Below, piece by piece: positions 55,010-64,000 of a stretch of DNA of 64,000 nucleotides (position 1 is the first letter of the stretch; every line of letters begins with the position of its first letter). Where the stretch lies: contig CP060768.1 in assembly GCA_023205875.1 (NCBI GenBank), forward strand, positions 372,001 to 436,000. The letters run 5' to 3'. A program made the translations under genes and the position numbers. The DNA is from Chloropicon primus. Taxonomy: Eukaryota. The notes under the pieces were generated by a model. It was given only the letters and a program-made list of their open reading frames with translations. It made no database searches and was not told the origin of the DNA.

Positions 55010-56071
55010 ATGGTGGGAAGTGATGGGGGTCAGCAGATGTGGGGTGTGGGCATGGCGGTCGCTGCTGTGGCAGCGAGCGCTGTCTATGCCTTCCTCGCCA
55101 AGAGGAAGGAGGAGGAACCGACGACGGCCAAGGTCCCGAGGAAGAAGTCGTGGAGGCGGGACAGTGAAGGAAAGGTCGAATTCACCAAGCTTCAAGTCCT
55201 TTACGATCGAAAGTGCTTCGGGGGGAGACAGATTCGATACCTCCACGAGAGCAAAGCTTGCAAGAACAAGATGGTCTTCTCGGTCTACCTCCCCGCCTGC
55301 TACGACGAGGAGGACACGACGAAGGTTCCGTTCATCTATTGCCTGACTGGCCTGACGACTTCTGATGAATACTTTCCGACTTCCACCGGAATCCAACAGT
55401 TCGCGAGCAAGCATCGGATCGCCTTGGTTTGTCCTGACACTTCCCCGAGGAACACCGGGGTCGAGGGCGAGAGCGAGTCCTTCGAAGTTGGGATCGCCGC
55501 TGGCCTGTATTGCGACGCCACTGAGAAGAAGTGGTCCAAGTGGCAGATGTACTCTTACGTTGTGAAGGAGCTGCCCAAAGTCCTGGCCCACAACTTTCCA
55601 AAGCTGGATCAACAGAACTGCACGCTGCTCGGCCACAGCATGGGCGGCTGTGGGAGCCTGCAGATCTATCTGAAAAACAGCACCAAGTACAAAGGCTGCT
55701 CGTGCATCAACGCGGTCACCAACCCGTCCAATGGCGTTTGGGGCCCAAAACCGCTGACGGCGTACCTTGGTGACAACCCCGAGGCGTGGAAGAAGTATGA
55801 TCCCACCGAAGTGGTCGCAAAGTACTCGGGGCAGCCTCTCAAAATATGGATTGAACAAGGGAGCGAGGATCCTTACCTCAATTTCGATCTCTTGCCGTAC
55901 AACTTCAAGGAAGCTGCTGACAAGAACAAGCGGGTGGACGTGAAGTTGACTTACCGCGCGGGTTATGACCACGGCTTTGCTTGTGTGACGTCCCTCATCG
56001 AGGGGCACCTCTACTACCACGCGAAAATTTTGGGCCGAGTGGTCGAGAAGAAGAAGTCGAGTTTTTTCTGA
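55010..56071 (+). CDS. S-formylglutathione hydrolase (esterase D) family with an N-terminal hydrophobic extension; start uncertain
   Basis: FSVYLP, PDTSPR, MYSYVVKELP, GHSMGG and GYDH motifs. Confidence 0.9.
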   Translation: MVGSDGGQQMWGVGMAVAAVAASAVYAFLAKRKEEEPTTAKVPRKKSWRRDSEGKVEFTKLQVLYDRKCFGGRQIRYLHESKACKNKMVFSVYLPACYDEEDTTKVPFIYCLTGLTTSDEYFPTSTGIQQFASKHRIALVCPDTSPRNTGVEGESESFEVGIAAGLYCDATEKKWSKWQMYSYVVKELPKVLAHNFPKLDQQNCTLLGHSMGGCGSLQIYLKNSTKYKGCSCINAVTNPSNGVWGPKPLTAYLGDNPEAWKKYDPTEVVAKYSGQPLKIWIEQGSEDPYLNFDLLPYNFKEAADKNKRVDVKLTYRAGYDHGFACVTSLIEGHLYYHAKILGRVVEKKKSSFF

Positions 56072-56174
56072 GTAGCTGCCCGACGACGACGACGACAACA
56101 CACGAGAAGGAGCGAGCGCGTCCTTGCATTGTTTATTAGATTTTAATCCATTGACCTGCCGTTTTTTTGTGCTT

Positions 56175-57194
56175 TCAGGAAGGCCGATAAGGCTTTGTGA
56201 GATTTTTGGCGAAGGCCTTGAGTTTCTCGATCCCCCGGACTTCCTCCGCGAGCAGCGGCGTCTTCACCAAATGAAAGTCCTCGTAAAGATCCTCGTACTG
56301 GCTGATGTATTTCTCTTGCATCTTGACCCTGGCATGGAGCAAGCACGTGGACTGGCAGCAGTGCTCACCAAACAACACTTGGTTGATCACGATGTTGTGG
56401 GAATCGATCTCGTACTCGGCGAGATCCTGAATCAGCCTTTCCGTCTCGTAAAGAGAAAGAAACTCTGGAATGCACACGCACACAAACGTCGTGAGATCGG
56501 GATCGCTGAACTGCTCCTTGACTCGGTGAACCATCCTTCGGAGTTCCTCGACCTTGGCAAGGAGCCCGTCTTGCTGGTCACCGCCGCCTCCCATGAACAT
56601 GCTGAGCGGACCCATCAAATTACCCAATATCCCATTTGCCCCGGCAAACTTGTCCAACGCCTTGTCGAAGACCTGCGGCAGCTGCAGCAACCGCAGCGTG
56701 TGCCCCGTCGGCGCGGTGTCGAACACCACGACGGAATAATCCATCTGCTCCACCTCCTTCATGACCTCGCCGAAGCTCATGGCCTCATCTATTCCCGGTA
56801 TCGAGCTCGCCATGTCGTTCAGAAAATCCAAGCTCTCGCCCATCCCAAGAGGGTCTCCTCCGGAGGTCGGACCTCCCAGTGAGCTGTTGCCGCTCGCGTC
56901 CACCTCCATCGCGTACAAGTTGTCGAAACCATTCACTTGTTCTGGTTCCCCGCTGAACTTCTGCTGGAAGGCGTCGCTCAAGTTATGCGCTGGATCTGTC
57001 GATATCAGCAGCACTTTCTCTCTGACGCTCGCAAGAAGTATCGCGAGACAGCACGACGTCGTGGTCTTCCCCACGCCACCCTTCCCTCCCACAAATATCC
57101 ACTTCAAGGCCGTCTGATCCAAAACGTTCTCCAGGGTTGGATCCAAGGGCTCCTCCAAGGATGCGAACGACTCCTCACTGTCACTTCCTTCCAT
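56175..57194 (-). CDS. GET3: GET3/ASNA1 ATPase
   Basis: [37 protein letters not shown] and [13 protein letters not shown] motifs. Confidence 0.97.
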   Translation of the reverse strand: MEGSDSEESFASLEEPLDPTLENVLDQTALKWIFVGGKGGVGKTTTSCCLAILLASVREKVLLISTDPAHNLSDAFQQKFSGEPEQVNGFDNLYAMEVDASGNSSLGGPTSGGDPLGMGESLDFLNDMASSIPGIDEAMSFGEVMKEVEQMDYSVVVFDTAPTGHTLRLLQLPQVFDKALDKFAGANGILGNLMGPLSMFMGGGGDQQDGLLAKVEELRRMVHRVKEQFSDPDLTTFVCVCIPEFLSLYETERLIQDLAEYEIDSHNIVINQVLFGEHCCQSTCLLHARVKMQEKYISQYEDLYEDFHLVKTPLLAEEVRGIEKLKAFAKNLTKPYRPS

Positions 57195-57737
57195 GACGAC
57201 CGACGGCGATGCTGACAATCAATCACACGGCGGAAGCTGATGAGCGTTGCACTCCACTCCACTACCACACCCAAGCACGACACCTTCCTCGCCGCAACGC
57301 AACCTCCTCAATTCAATCCCTCTCTCAATCCCTCTCTCTCTCTGTGTCTTCGTTGAGAACGAGAGAGAGGAGCAAAGCGCCGTCGCTCTTGGCGATCACG
57401 CGAAGCAGGTCTCGAGGACGGAGCCTCTCCGCAATCACTGCGCCGCACGGCCTTCGCTTCCACACGCAGCGCAACTCCTCCTCCTCGTCGTCGTCGTCGT
57501 CGATCTGTTCGATCAGTTTTGCTGCTTGAGCTCGACAGAGAGAGAGAGGAGTTGGACTTCCTCCGTGTCGTGGTGCTGCCGACGAGGAGAGGGGAGAGAA
57601 GGGGAGGAGGTGTCGAGCAAACGGAAGGGCGTCTCACGAGCTTTCGATTGATACCTCGGTTGAAGGATGATGGCACCGCCAAACGATCGTCGCGCGCGTT
57701 GTCAACGGGTGAAGTGAAGAGGTTGAGTGGTTGGTGG

Positions 57738-59060
57738 ATGATGAGGATGAGGATGAGGATGAGGCGGGGCGTTGTCATGGTATCTCTCTTCTTCTTCGCA
57801 GCGTCGTGCGTCTTCATCGAGGCCGCAGCGAAGAAGGTCAAGGTGAAGGAGGAGAGGATCCAGCAGCTGGACCTCGAGCCGGGCCACTTTGCTGGGCTGG
57901 AATTCATGGGAGGCCTCATCCTTCACGCCAAGGACGACCACTTCGGTGGGTGGAGCGGCATCGTGACCAAGAGGGAGGGGAGAGAGGTGGTGGCTGTGAG
58001 CGACAAGGGGTACTGGTTGAACATGACGCTCTCTTACGCGGAGGGTGGGAGGGCACCTATGGAGGTCACTGGCGCGTGGACGTACCCGCTCCTCGACCCA
58101 GAAGGGAACCCGCTGAAGAAGAAGGCTTGGGCTGACGCAGAGTCTGTGGTGTTCGGCAGTCGTGGAGACCTCTTGGTGTCCTTCGAAAGGAACCACAGAA
58201 TTGTGAGGTACGACAACGTGACAGCGCCCGCGACTACTGACTCGGCCCTTACGCTCGCTTCCGAGATTCTCAGCAAGCACTGCAACTATAACGGTGGCCC
58301 AGAAGCCATCGAAACTTATGAAGACCACCTCATCATGTTCTGCGAGGATGCTATAGACGGGTACGACACTTCCTTCCAGGGCTGGCTCGTCCCGCTTCAG
58401 CCAGCGCCCGGGGCTCGAGAGAAGAGCGAGCTCGGCTACTCCAGGCGCTTGTTCATGAAGATAACGGACGGGTTTCGGCCAACGGACTTTGCCATGCTCG
58501 ACTCGGGTGATCTGCTGATCTTGGAAAGAATGCACGACGGCCATCGGACCGGCTTCAGGCTGGAGGTCATACCGAGAAAGTACTTGGCAGCGACAGGGGA
58601 AGAGGCCCTAGTCGTTCCCGCGAGAGCAGCCGAGGCGTGGCAAAGCCCTTCCAACCCCGTCGATAACATGGAGTGCCTCTCCGTGGATCAGCTTGAGGGT
58701 GGTAAGGTGCGAGTTAACCTCATGTCCGACGACAACTTTTCGTCCAAGCAACAGACGGTCTTCTTCGTCTTCGAGGTCCACGCCGAGGACTTGGTTGAGT
58801 ACGCGTATGAAATGGCACGAGTGGAGGACTTTCCACCATCCAATCCTCAGGTGCTTTCCAACGGCACGAGAGAGAAAACAATTCAGGTGGTCGTGGGCGT
58901 TTCTCTTTTCCTCGGTGGCCTCTTGACGGGCGCGGGTGTGGTGATGATTGTGAACTATGTACGGTCAAAGAATTCGAACAAAAGGAAGTACGAGAGCTTT
59001 GTCGCGATGACGAGGCAGGACTTCAACGACTTTTCCTTGCCTTCTGACGACCAAATGTAA
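57738..59060 (+). CDS. 'Esterase-like activity of phytase' beta-propeller protein, membrane anchored
   Basis: FGGWSG, SDKG, DAES, SFE, DNMECL and SDDNFS..QQT motifs; signal peptide and C-terminal TM. Confidence 0.75.
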   Translation: MMRMRMRMRRGVVMVSLFFFAASCVFIEAAAKKVKVKEERIQQLDLEPGHFAGLEFMGGLILHAKDDHFGGWSGIVTKREGREVVAVSDKGYWLNMTLSYAEGGRAPMEVTGAWTYPLLDPEGNPLKKKAWADAESVVFGSRGDLLVSFERNHRIVRYDNVTAPATTDSALTLASEILSKHCNYNGGPEAIETYEDHLIMFCEDAIDGYDTSFQGWLVPLQPAPGAREKSELGYSRRLFMKITDGFRPTDFAMLDSGDLLILERMHDGHRTGFRLEVIPRKYLAATGEEALVVPARAAEAWQSPSNPVDNMECLSVDQLEGGKVRVNLMSDDNFSSKQQTVFFVFEVHAEDLVEYAYEMARVEDFPPSNPQVLSNGTREKTIQVVVGVSLFLGGLLTGAGVVMIVNYVRSKNSNKRKYESFVAMTRQDFNDFSLPSDDQM

Positions 59061-59097
59061 ACGTGTGTGGTAGATTACATATATATCTTGTTTTTTC

Positions 59098-61416
59098 CTA
59101 CTCCTGCTGCCTCCAGAACTTCAAGATTGCACCAACACAGAGAGTGACGAACCCGTCCCCAACTTTGAGCACGGACAGCAAGGGCTCCCCATGAGCCTCC
59201 TGCTGGGCTACGGACGGGATCATCTCCATCTGGGCGCGCGGGACGGAGCCCGCTATGAGAGACTGGGAAGCGGAGGTCGTCCTCGAGGGCTCCCCGACAC
59301 TCGTTGGCGTTACCTCCAGGTCTGGATCTTGCTGGTCCGCTCCCGGAGAATTCGGAATAGCGATGGCGGCCGTGCCCGCGGGAATGCCATCGAAGCTCAG
59401 CTTCATTGGCGTGGAGTTCGTGCCGCCCGTGGAGACCCACCTCCTGTGGCGAGGGCGGGTGGTTGTCTTGTCGGCAGCAAGGTCATCAATGTCATCCGGA
59501 GCCTCAAACTCCCACAAGGCCACTTGGGTGTCCTGACCCACAGAGAGGAACTTGTACATCCTCGTCTGAAGCCGCTCACTGCTGATGTCAGTGTCACCCT
59601 CCGCCTCGTCCTCTTCCCCGCTACCGGCCTTGTTTGCCTCACCGTGGCTCTGCTCCGTGACCGACAGGAAGGCCAAGTCGCTGACCCAGCTCCTGTGGCC
59701 CTCCCCGAAAGCAACGAGGCAGTTGTCCGCGATCGAGAATATTTCTACGAGGTCATCCTCGCCCCCACACACGACAAACCTGCTATCTTGGGACCAAGAG
59801 ACGCACAGGTAGCCACCAAAGTAGGATCTGCAGCCGGCCCGGAGGGTCCCAGAACCCACATCGAAGATCCTCAAAACCCCGTCACACGAAACGCAGGCCA
59901 ACTGGTAGCCGTCGTTGGAGAAAGCCACCGAGTTGATCGCTACCCCGTTGCAGACATTCCACTGCACAACGAGACAGGCATCCGAGCTGTCATCCGATCC
60001 TTTCGCCTTGCTCACCTGGGGTGTGCCAGGCTGAGATGGAACCACACCAAGGCCATCTTTGGAATCGCTGCTGGCGCTCGAGGCGTTCGTGTTGTTGTTC
60101 CCGTTGCTATCCGACTTGTTACGCCTCAGCGAGGAGAAGAAGGAAGAGCCGCCAGAGCTGCTCAAGCTGAGCTCCTTCCCTCCCTTGTCCCCGGAGCCTC
60201 CCGTCTCCGCAGACCCTTTGCTTGGCGTCGTCGGAATCTTCTCAGGGGAGCTCGCTGTGTGCGACGACAGAACACCACCATTCGGGGAGTAGACGTGCAG
60301 AGACCCATCGACGAATGCCGCGACAAGGACCCTCGCCGAATTTGATTCGTTCGCATCGTTCTTGTTTGAGACCGACCGGGGGCTCCAAGATATCGCCGTG
60401 CACCTCCCAGTCTCCGCGGCGCGGTCTCTGTTATAGTACTTGACAGCCGTGATCTTCACTTTGCTCGTTCCCCCTCCGCCCTTGGACTGGCTTGAGAAGA
60501 CTCCGCCGACTTTGGACGACACGGTATCCTTTCCCGGGCTTCCCTTTGCGCTGTCCGCTCCCCCACCCACTCTCGTTATGTTCTGTCTGATATGGTGCCT
60601 CATGCTGAAGGAGAGGAGCTCCCCAGTCGCCAAACCGACGGCGTAGTCGTGGTCACCAGCAATGGGCGGCAGCATCGTGAAGTTGACCTACGGAGCGGAA
60701 CGAGAGAAGGACAGAGACCTCGTGTCAATAAGCAAGGAAGAGACCCCGTGTTTTTGAGCAAGGGGAGCGGGAGGGGGAACACAAGATCGCGGCGATGGAA
60801 TTGAACCTCGGCCTTCGTTCTCACCTGCTGTCCTGCGTGACAGGTGGGGCAGATGCCTCCGAAGCTGATCGTGTGCACCGGGGAGGCCTCAGGGTCCACC
60901 TTGTCGACAATATGAAGAACGTCATACCAGTTCAGCACCACAAAGTTCTTTCCGGTGACCTGGTCGTTCTCCCCTCCTTCGATCGGCAAGCAGCAGAGGA
61001 GAAGAAGCAAAGCGGCGCAGAGAGAGCGGCGGCCTGTCAGCGCTCGAATGCCCAACCAACAAGCAAGGAGGGACAGAAAAGAAAACAAGGAAAGGAGTTG
61101 ATGGCGCTTCCCTCGTGAAGTCGGGTCACTCACCTCGCTCCGTCTCGACCAAAGTAAGAGAAGGGTTCGAGTACCCTGCTCCGAAGACTCCGCTCGATCC
61201 GTTCTGCGATACTCGGACACCCGGTGGCAACGACGTTTGTATCGTAGCAGTCACCTTTTTCCCTTGGCAAACGCTCCCGGTCCCTCCAACCCTTTTCGGC
61301 GAGCTCGACGGCGAGCTCGAGGTCCCGCGGTCCGTCCTCAGGGGGAAGAACTCCCAGTTCAGTCCGTAAGACGCATCCGTCGCGCTCAACCCCGTCTTCA
61401 GCTCCTTCCCGCCCAT
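59098..61416 (-). CDS. WD40 protein of the WDR20/DMWD/CreC type, multi-exon
   Basis: RSYFGGYLCVSWS, GGEDDLV, GHRSWVS and SVGQDTQVALWE motifs; upstream exon pieces at ~60830-60970 and ~61135-61416. Confidence 0.8.
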
Positions 61417-61429
61417 CCTCCTCTCCTCT

Positions 61430-61468
<39 letters not shown>

Positions 61469-61798
61469 TTTTCAAGCTAGCGAAGCGGATGAAGGGAGGA
61501 GGGTACAGCTTCATCGCACTGGGGTTCATCACTCGCGGCAAGTGTTTCTGCTGCACTGCACTGCACTGCACTGCCCCGCGAGGCTCGGAAGAACGAGACC
61601 AAGGAGAAGACGAGGAGGAGGGGGACCGAAGAAGAAGAAGAAGAAGAAGAAGAAGAAGAAGAAGAGAATTTGTTGAGAACGTTTGTGACTTGTGTTGAGT
61701 CGATTGCACACAAAAATGTTTTTGATTTTGCTTTTATCTTTCTTTCTGCCGTTCTTGGTTCTTGTGGTCCGGTGCTCGTTGCGTGGCTTGCAAGCGAT

Positions 61799-62326
61799 TC
61801 AGAGCAAGTTCTCGAGTGCACGCTGCTGAAGGACCTTCTTTACTCCCGACACGGGTTTGCCAGCCTTTTTGAGGGCAACCTTGAGCTCCTTCACCTTCCA
61901 GCTCATGATCTCCTCCTCCGTGTACGTCTCGCTCTCTGCCTCAGCTTGGGAAACAGCCTCCTCCTCCTCCTCCTCCTCCTCCTTGATCTCCGTCTCAGTC
62001 GTCGTCGTCGTCGTCGCTGGGGGTGGCGCCACCATTTCATCAACGACCTCCTCCCCGTGGGGTGCCCACGACGGCTCTCCCGCCTCGAGGTCCTCGCCCA
62101 ATGCCTCCTCGACCGTGTCAACGTCTTTCTCCGGCGCCTCCGCGACACCGCTCACAACTGGCGCCTCCTCGGCCCCCTCCAGCTCCGGCAACGAGGGTCC
62201 CAGGCCCAGGCCGTTCAATTCCTCCGACGACTCCAGCATCTGCTCACGTGAGGGGAAACAACATTTTGCGAGGAGGAGAAAAAAAACGTTCGTTCAGTCG
62301 CCGACACACACACACACACACACACA

Positions 62327-62376
<50 letters not shown>

Positions 62377-62729
62377 TCTCCAGCTCCAAGTCGCCTCTCG
62401 CTTACCTCAAAGTCAATATCAAGCTCCGCCTCAAGCTCGTCTATCATCCTCTTCAGTTCTGCATTCTCCCTCTCCGCGATGCGAAGCCTCTCCAGCTGAG
62501 CTTCCAGCTGTTCGTCCATCGTCGCCTGCACGTCCTTCTTCCCCGTCTCGCGGTCCATCCCCGTCGCCCTGAGTCGCATGCTTCGGCACAGCTTCCTCAA
62601 GCAGACGGAAGAGAACGGAAGACCTCCTCGCTCCTGCTTCATTAAACTCCGCCTGGAGGAAGTGCTCCCCCTCGCCGACGCCGTGACGCATCGAGGCGTA
62701 CCTCTCTTCCACAACACCTGCTTGCTCAT
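61799..62729 (-). CDS. Acidic coiled-coil protein with a C-terminal SAP domain; one intron ~62245-62405
   Basis: MSWKVKELKVALKKAGKPVSGVKKVLQQR SAP motif; GTAAGC donor after DIDFE. Confidence 0.7.
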
Positions 62730-63165
62730 CTCCTTCACAGCAACCAGCCACGTGATCCCATCATCATCATCATCACAGACCCACCCCCCCAAAAAAAAAC
62801 AAAAAACGCAAAGTCTCAGGGTCTCCCATCCTCCTCACGACGCCATTCCCTCCGAGTGAGGTGTCATTCGAAAGAGGATGAGACAAATCATGCGATGGTG
62901 ACGCCTTCCTTCCCCCCTATCGTCCCCCTCGTCGCTGAGAACGACCTCGAACGTACCTCGTGCGCGCTCCTTTCGCTTCCCGCCACACAAGATCTCTAGA
63001 CCACAGGATTGTTGGAGGTTTTCCCCTGTTGGTGGGATTCCAGTGTATACCAGTTTGGTCACACCCAAAGGACAACCCACAAAACGTTTTCTCGTTCTCA
63101 CTTGCTGGACAAGGCACTGGTAAAAAAACTAGCCTCGCGAGAGGAAGGGAGGAGGACGCCGAGTG

Positions 63166-63174
63166 AAACCCTAG
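63166..63174 (+). promoter_or_regulatory. Telo-box-like AAACCCTAG just upstream of the Fanzor ATG (also in copy 1 at ~29030-29038, minus strand)
   Basis: Matches the plant telo-box AAACCCTA; AGTGAAACCCTAGC also occurs in the host intergenic region at 34721. Confidence 0.45.
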
Positions 63175-63179
63175 CAGTC

Positions 63180-64000
63180 ATGGCGCGATCAGGGAAGCGC
63201 CGTAAGAAAAAGGAGAAGCAGGGGAGTGGCTCGACGAGTTCCACAAGGAGGTCGCACTCTGGCGAGAGTCATGCTCAGGGCGCTTCGAAGTCGGGGCAGG
63301 AGTCTCCGACGACGGAGCCGTTACGTCGGTTCTGGAATCAGGGCTTGCAGTTGCTCTACTCGTTGTGCCTGCTTCCTATCGCGGACGACCCCGCCTCTGC
63401 GGGTGAGGGTTCGAGCACGCCTCGCAAGAAGCGGGGGCGGAAGCGGAAGGAGAAGCCGCTGGACGACCCCGCCTCTGCTTTCGAGGAGGGTTCGAGCACG
63501 CCTCGCAAGAAGCGGGGGGGGAAGCGGAAGGGGAAGCCGCCGGAGGCGGCTTCCTCTGCGGGTGAGAGTTCGAGCTCGTCAGGCAAGCCTCGCAAGAAGC
63601 CTCGCAAGAAGGGCAAGAAGAAGAACAAGAAGAAGGGTAAGAAGAAGAAGAACAAGAGGGGGAAGAAAGCAGGGAAGCAGCCGGGTGGCTTGGCGGACGA
63701 CAGCGTGAAGAAGACCTGGTTCTCATCGATCAAGAGAGAACTTGAAGAGGTAAAGTGTCCGAAGACGGGATGGAGGTCGTGCTTGAACCTTCCAGAAGAT
63801 TCTGTGGTATCCGTCGAGACATTGCAGTCGCCCGCCAAAAGGAAGAGGGGCAGAAACTGAAGACCTCCAAGCTATTGTCGGAGCGAACGGTGATACGGAC
63901 GAGGAAGCTGAGGATGCGCTTGAACCCTGAGCAGGCGAAGTGCCTTTGCAACTGGATGGGAGCTGCGCGTTTCACATACAACAAGTGTTTGGAGGCGGTC
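63180..64000 (+). CDS. tnpB: Fanzor2 N-terminal portion, partial, with a -1 frameshift at 63847-63850
   Basis: MARSGKRRKKK... matches copy 1 apart from two small in-frame indels and G4 vs G5. Confidence 0.85.

Larger units (their letters stand above)
63010..64000 (+). mobile_element. Fanzor2 element copy 2, 5' part, runs off the window
   Basis: Near-identical to the reverse complement of ~28195-29185, with a different upstream flank. Confidence 0.92.

Noticed and set aside
62304..62376. (CA)n(CT)n(CG)n compound repeat and other microsatellites (49285-49320, 61628-61664, 8850-8890)
   Set aside because: Simple repeats common throughout the window, with no specific function evident.
63009..63180. 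IS607 serine recombinase (TnpA) upstream of Fanzor
   Set aside because: Only ~170 bp precede the ATG, no resolvase motif was seen, and the ORF extension is not preserved in copy 1.

Overview
Gene-dense, GC-rich eukaryotic nuclear DNA with short GT-AG introns and many microsatellites. Gene content and style suggest a compact green-algal picoeukaryote (inference only). About 30 protein genes are recognisable, including two guanylyl-type class III cyclases, a 3-copy tandem array of secreted beta-lactamase-fold hydrolases, SF3B1, LRRC9, ETFA, NSE4, a CDPK, SEC20, cystathionine beta-lyase, RPS13, ADAT1, clathrin light chain and GET3, plus an intron-containing tRNA-Cys(GCA). The main finding is a ~2.5 kb non-autonomous Fanzor2 (eukaryotic TnpB, IS607-type) element in two near-identical copies: one complete (~26696-29185, minus strand) and one cut off by the window end (63010-64000, plus strand). 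It carries all three RuvC motifs, a basic repeat insertion in the N-terminus and a structured omegaRNA-like 3' end. In the complete copy AGGT occurs at both junctions, so the element can be read as GT...CTAACAG, inserted at an apparent host 5' splice site. This raises the untested possibility of a Fanzor transposon removed by spliceosomal splicing. A ~365-bp inverted-repeat structure next to the tRNA, a mosaic hydrolase array and a triplicated bidirectional promoter also merit follow-up.
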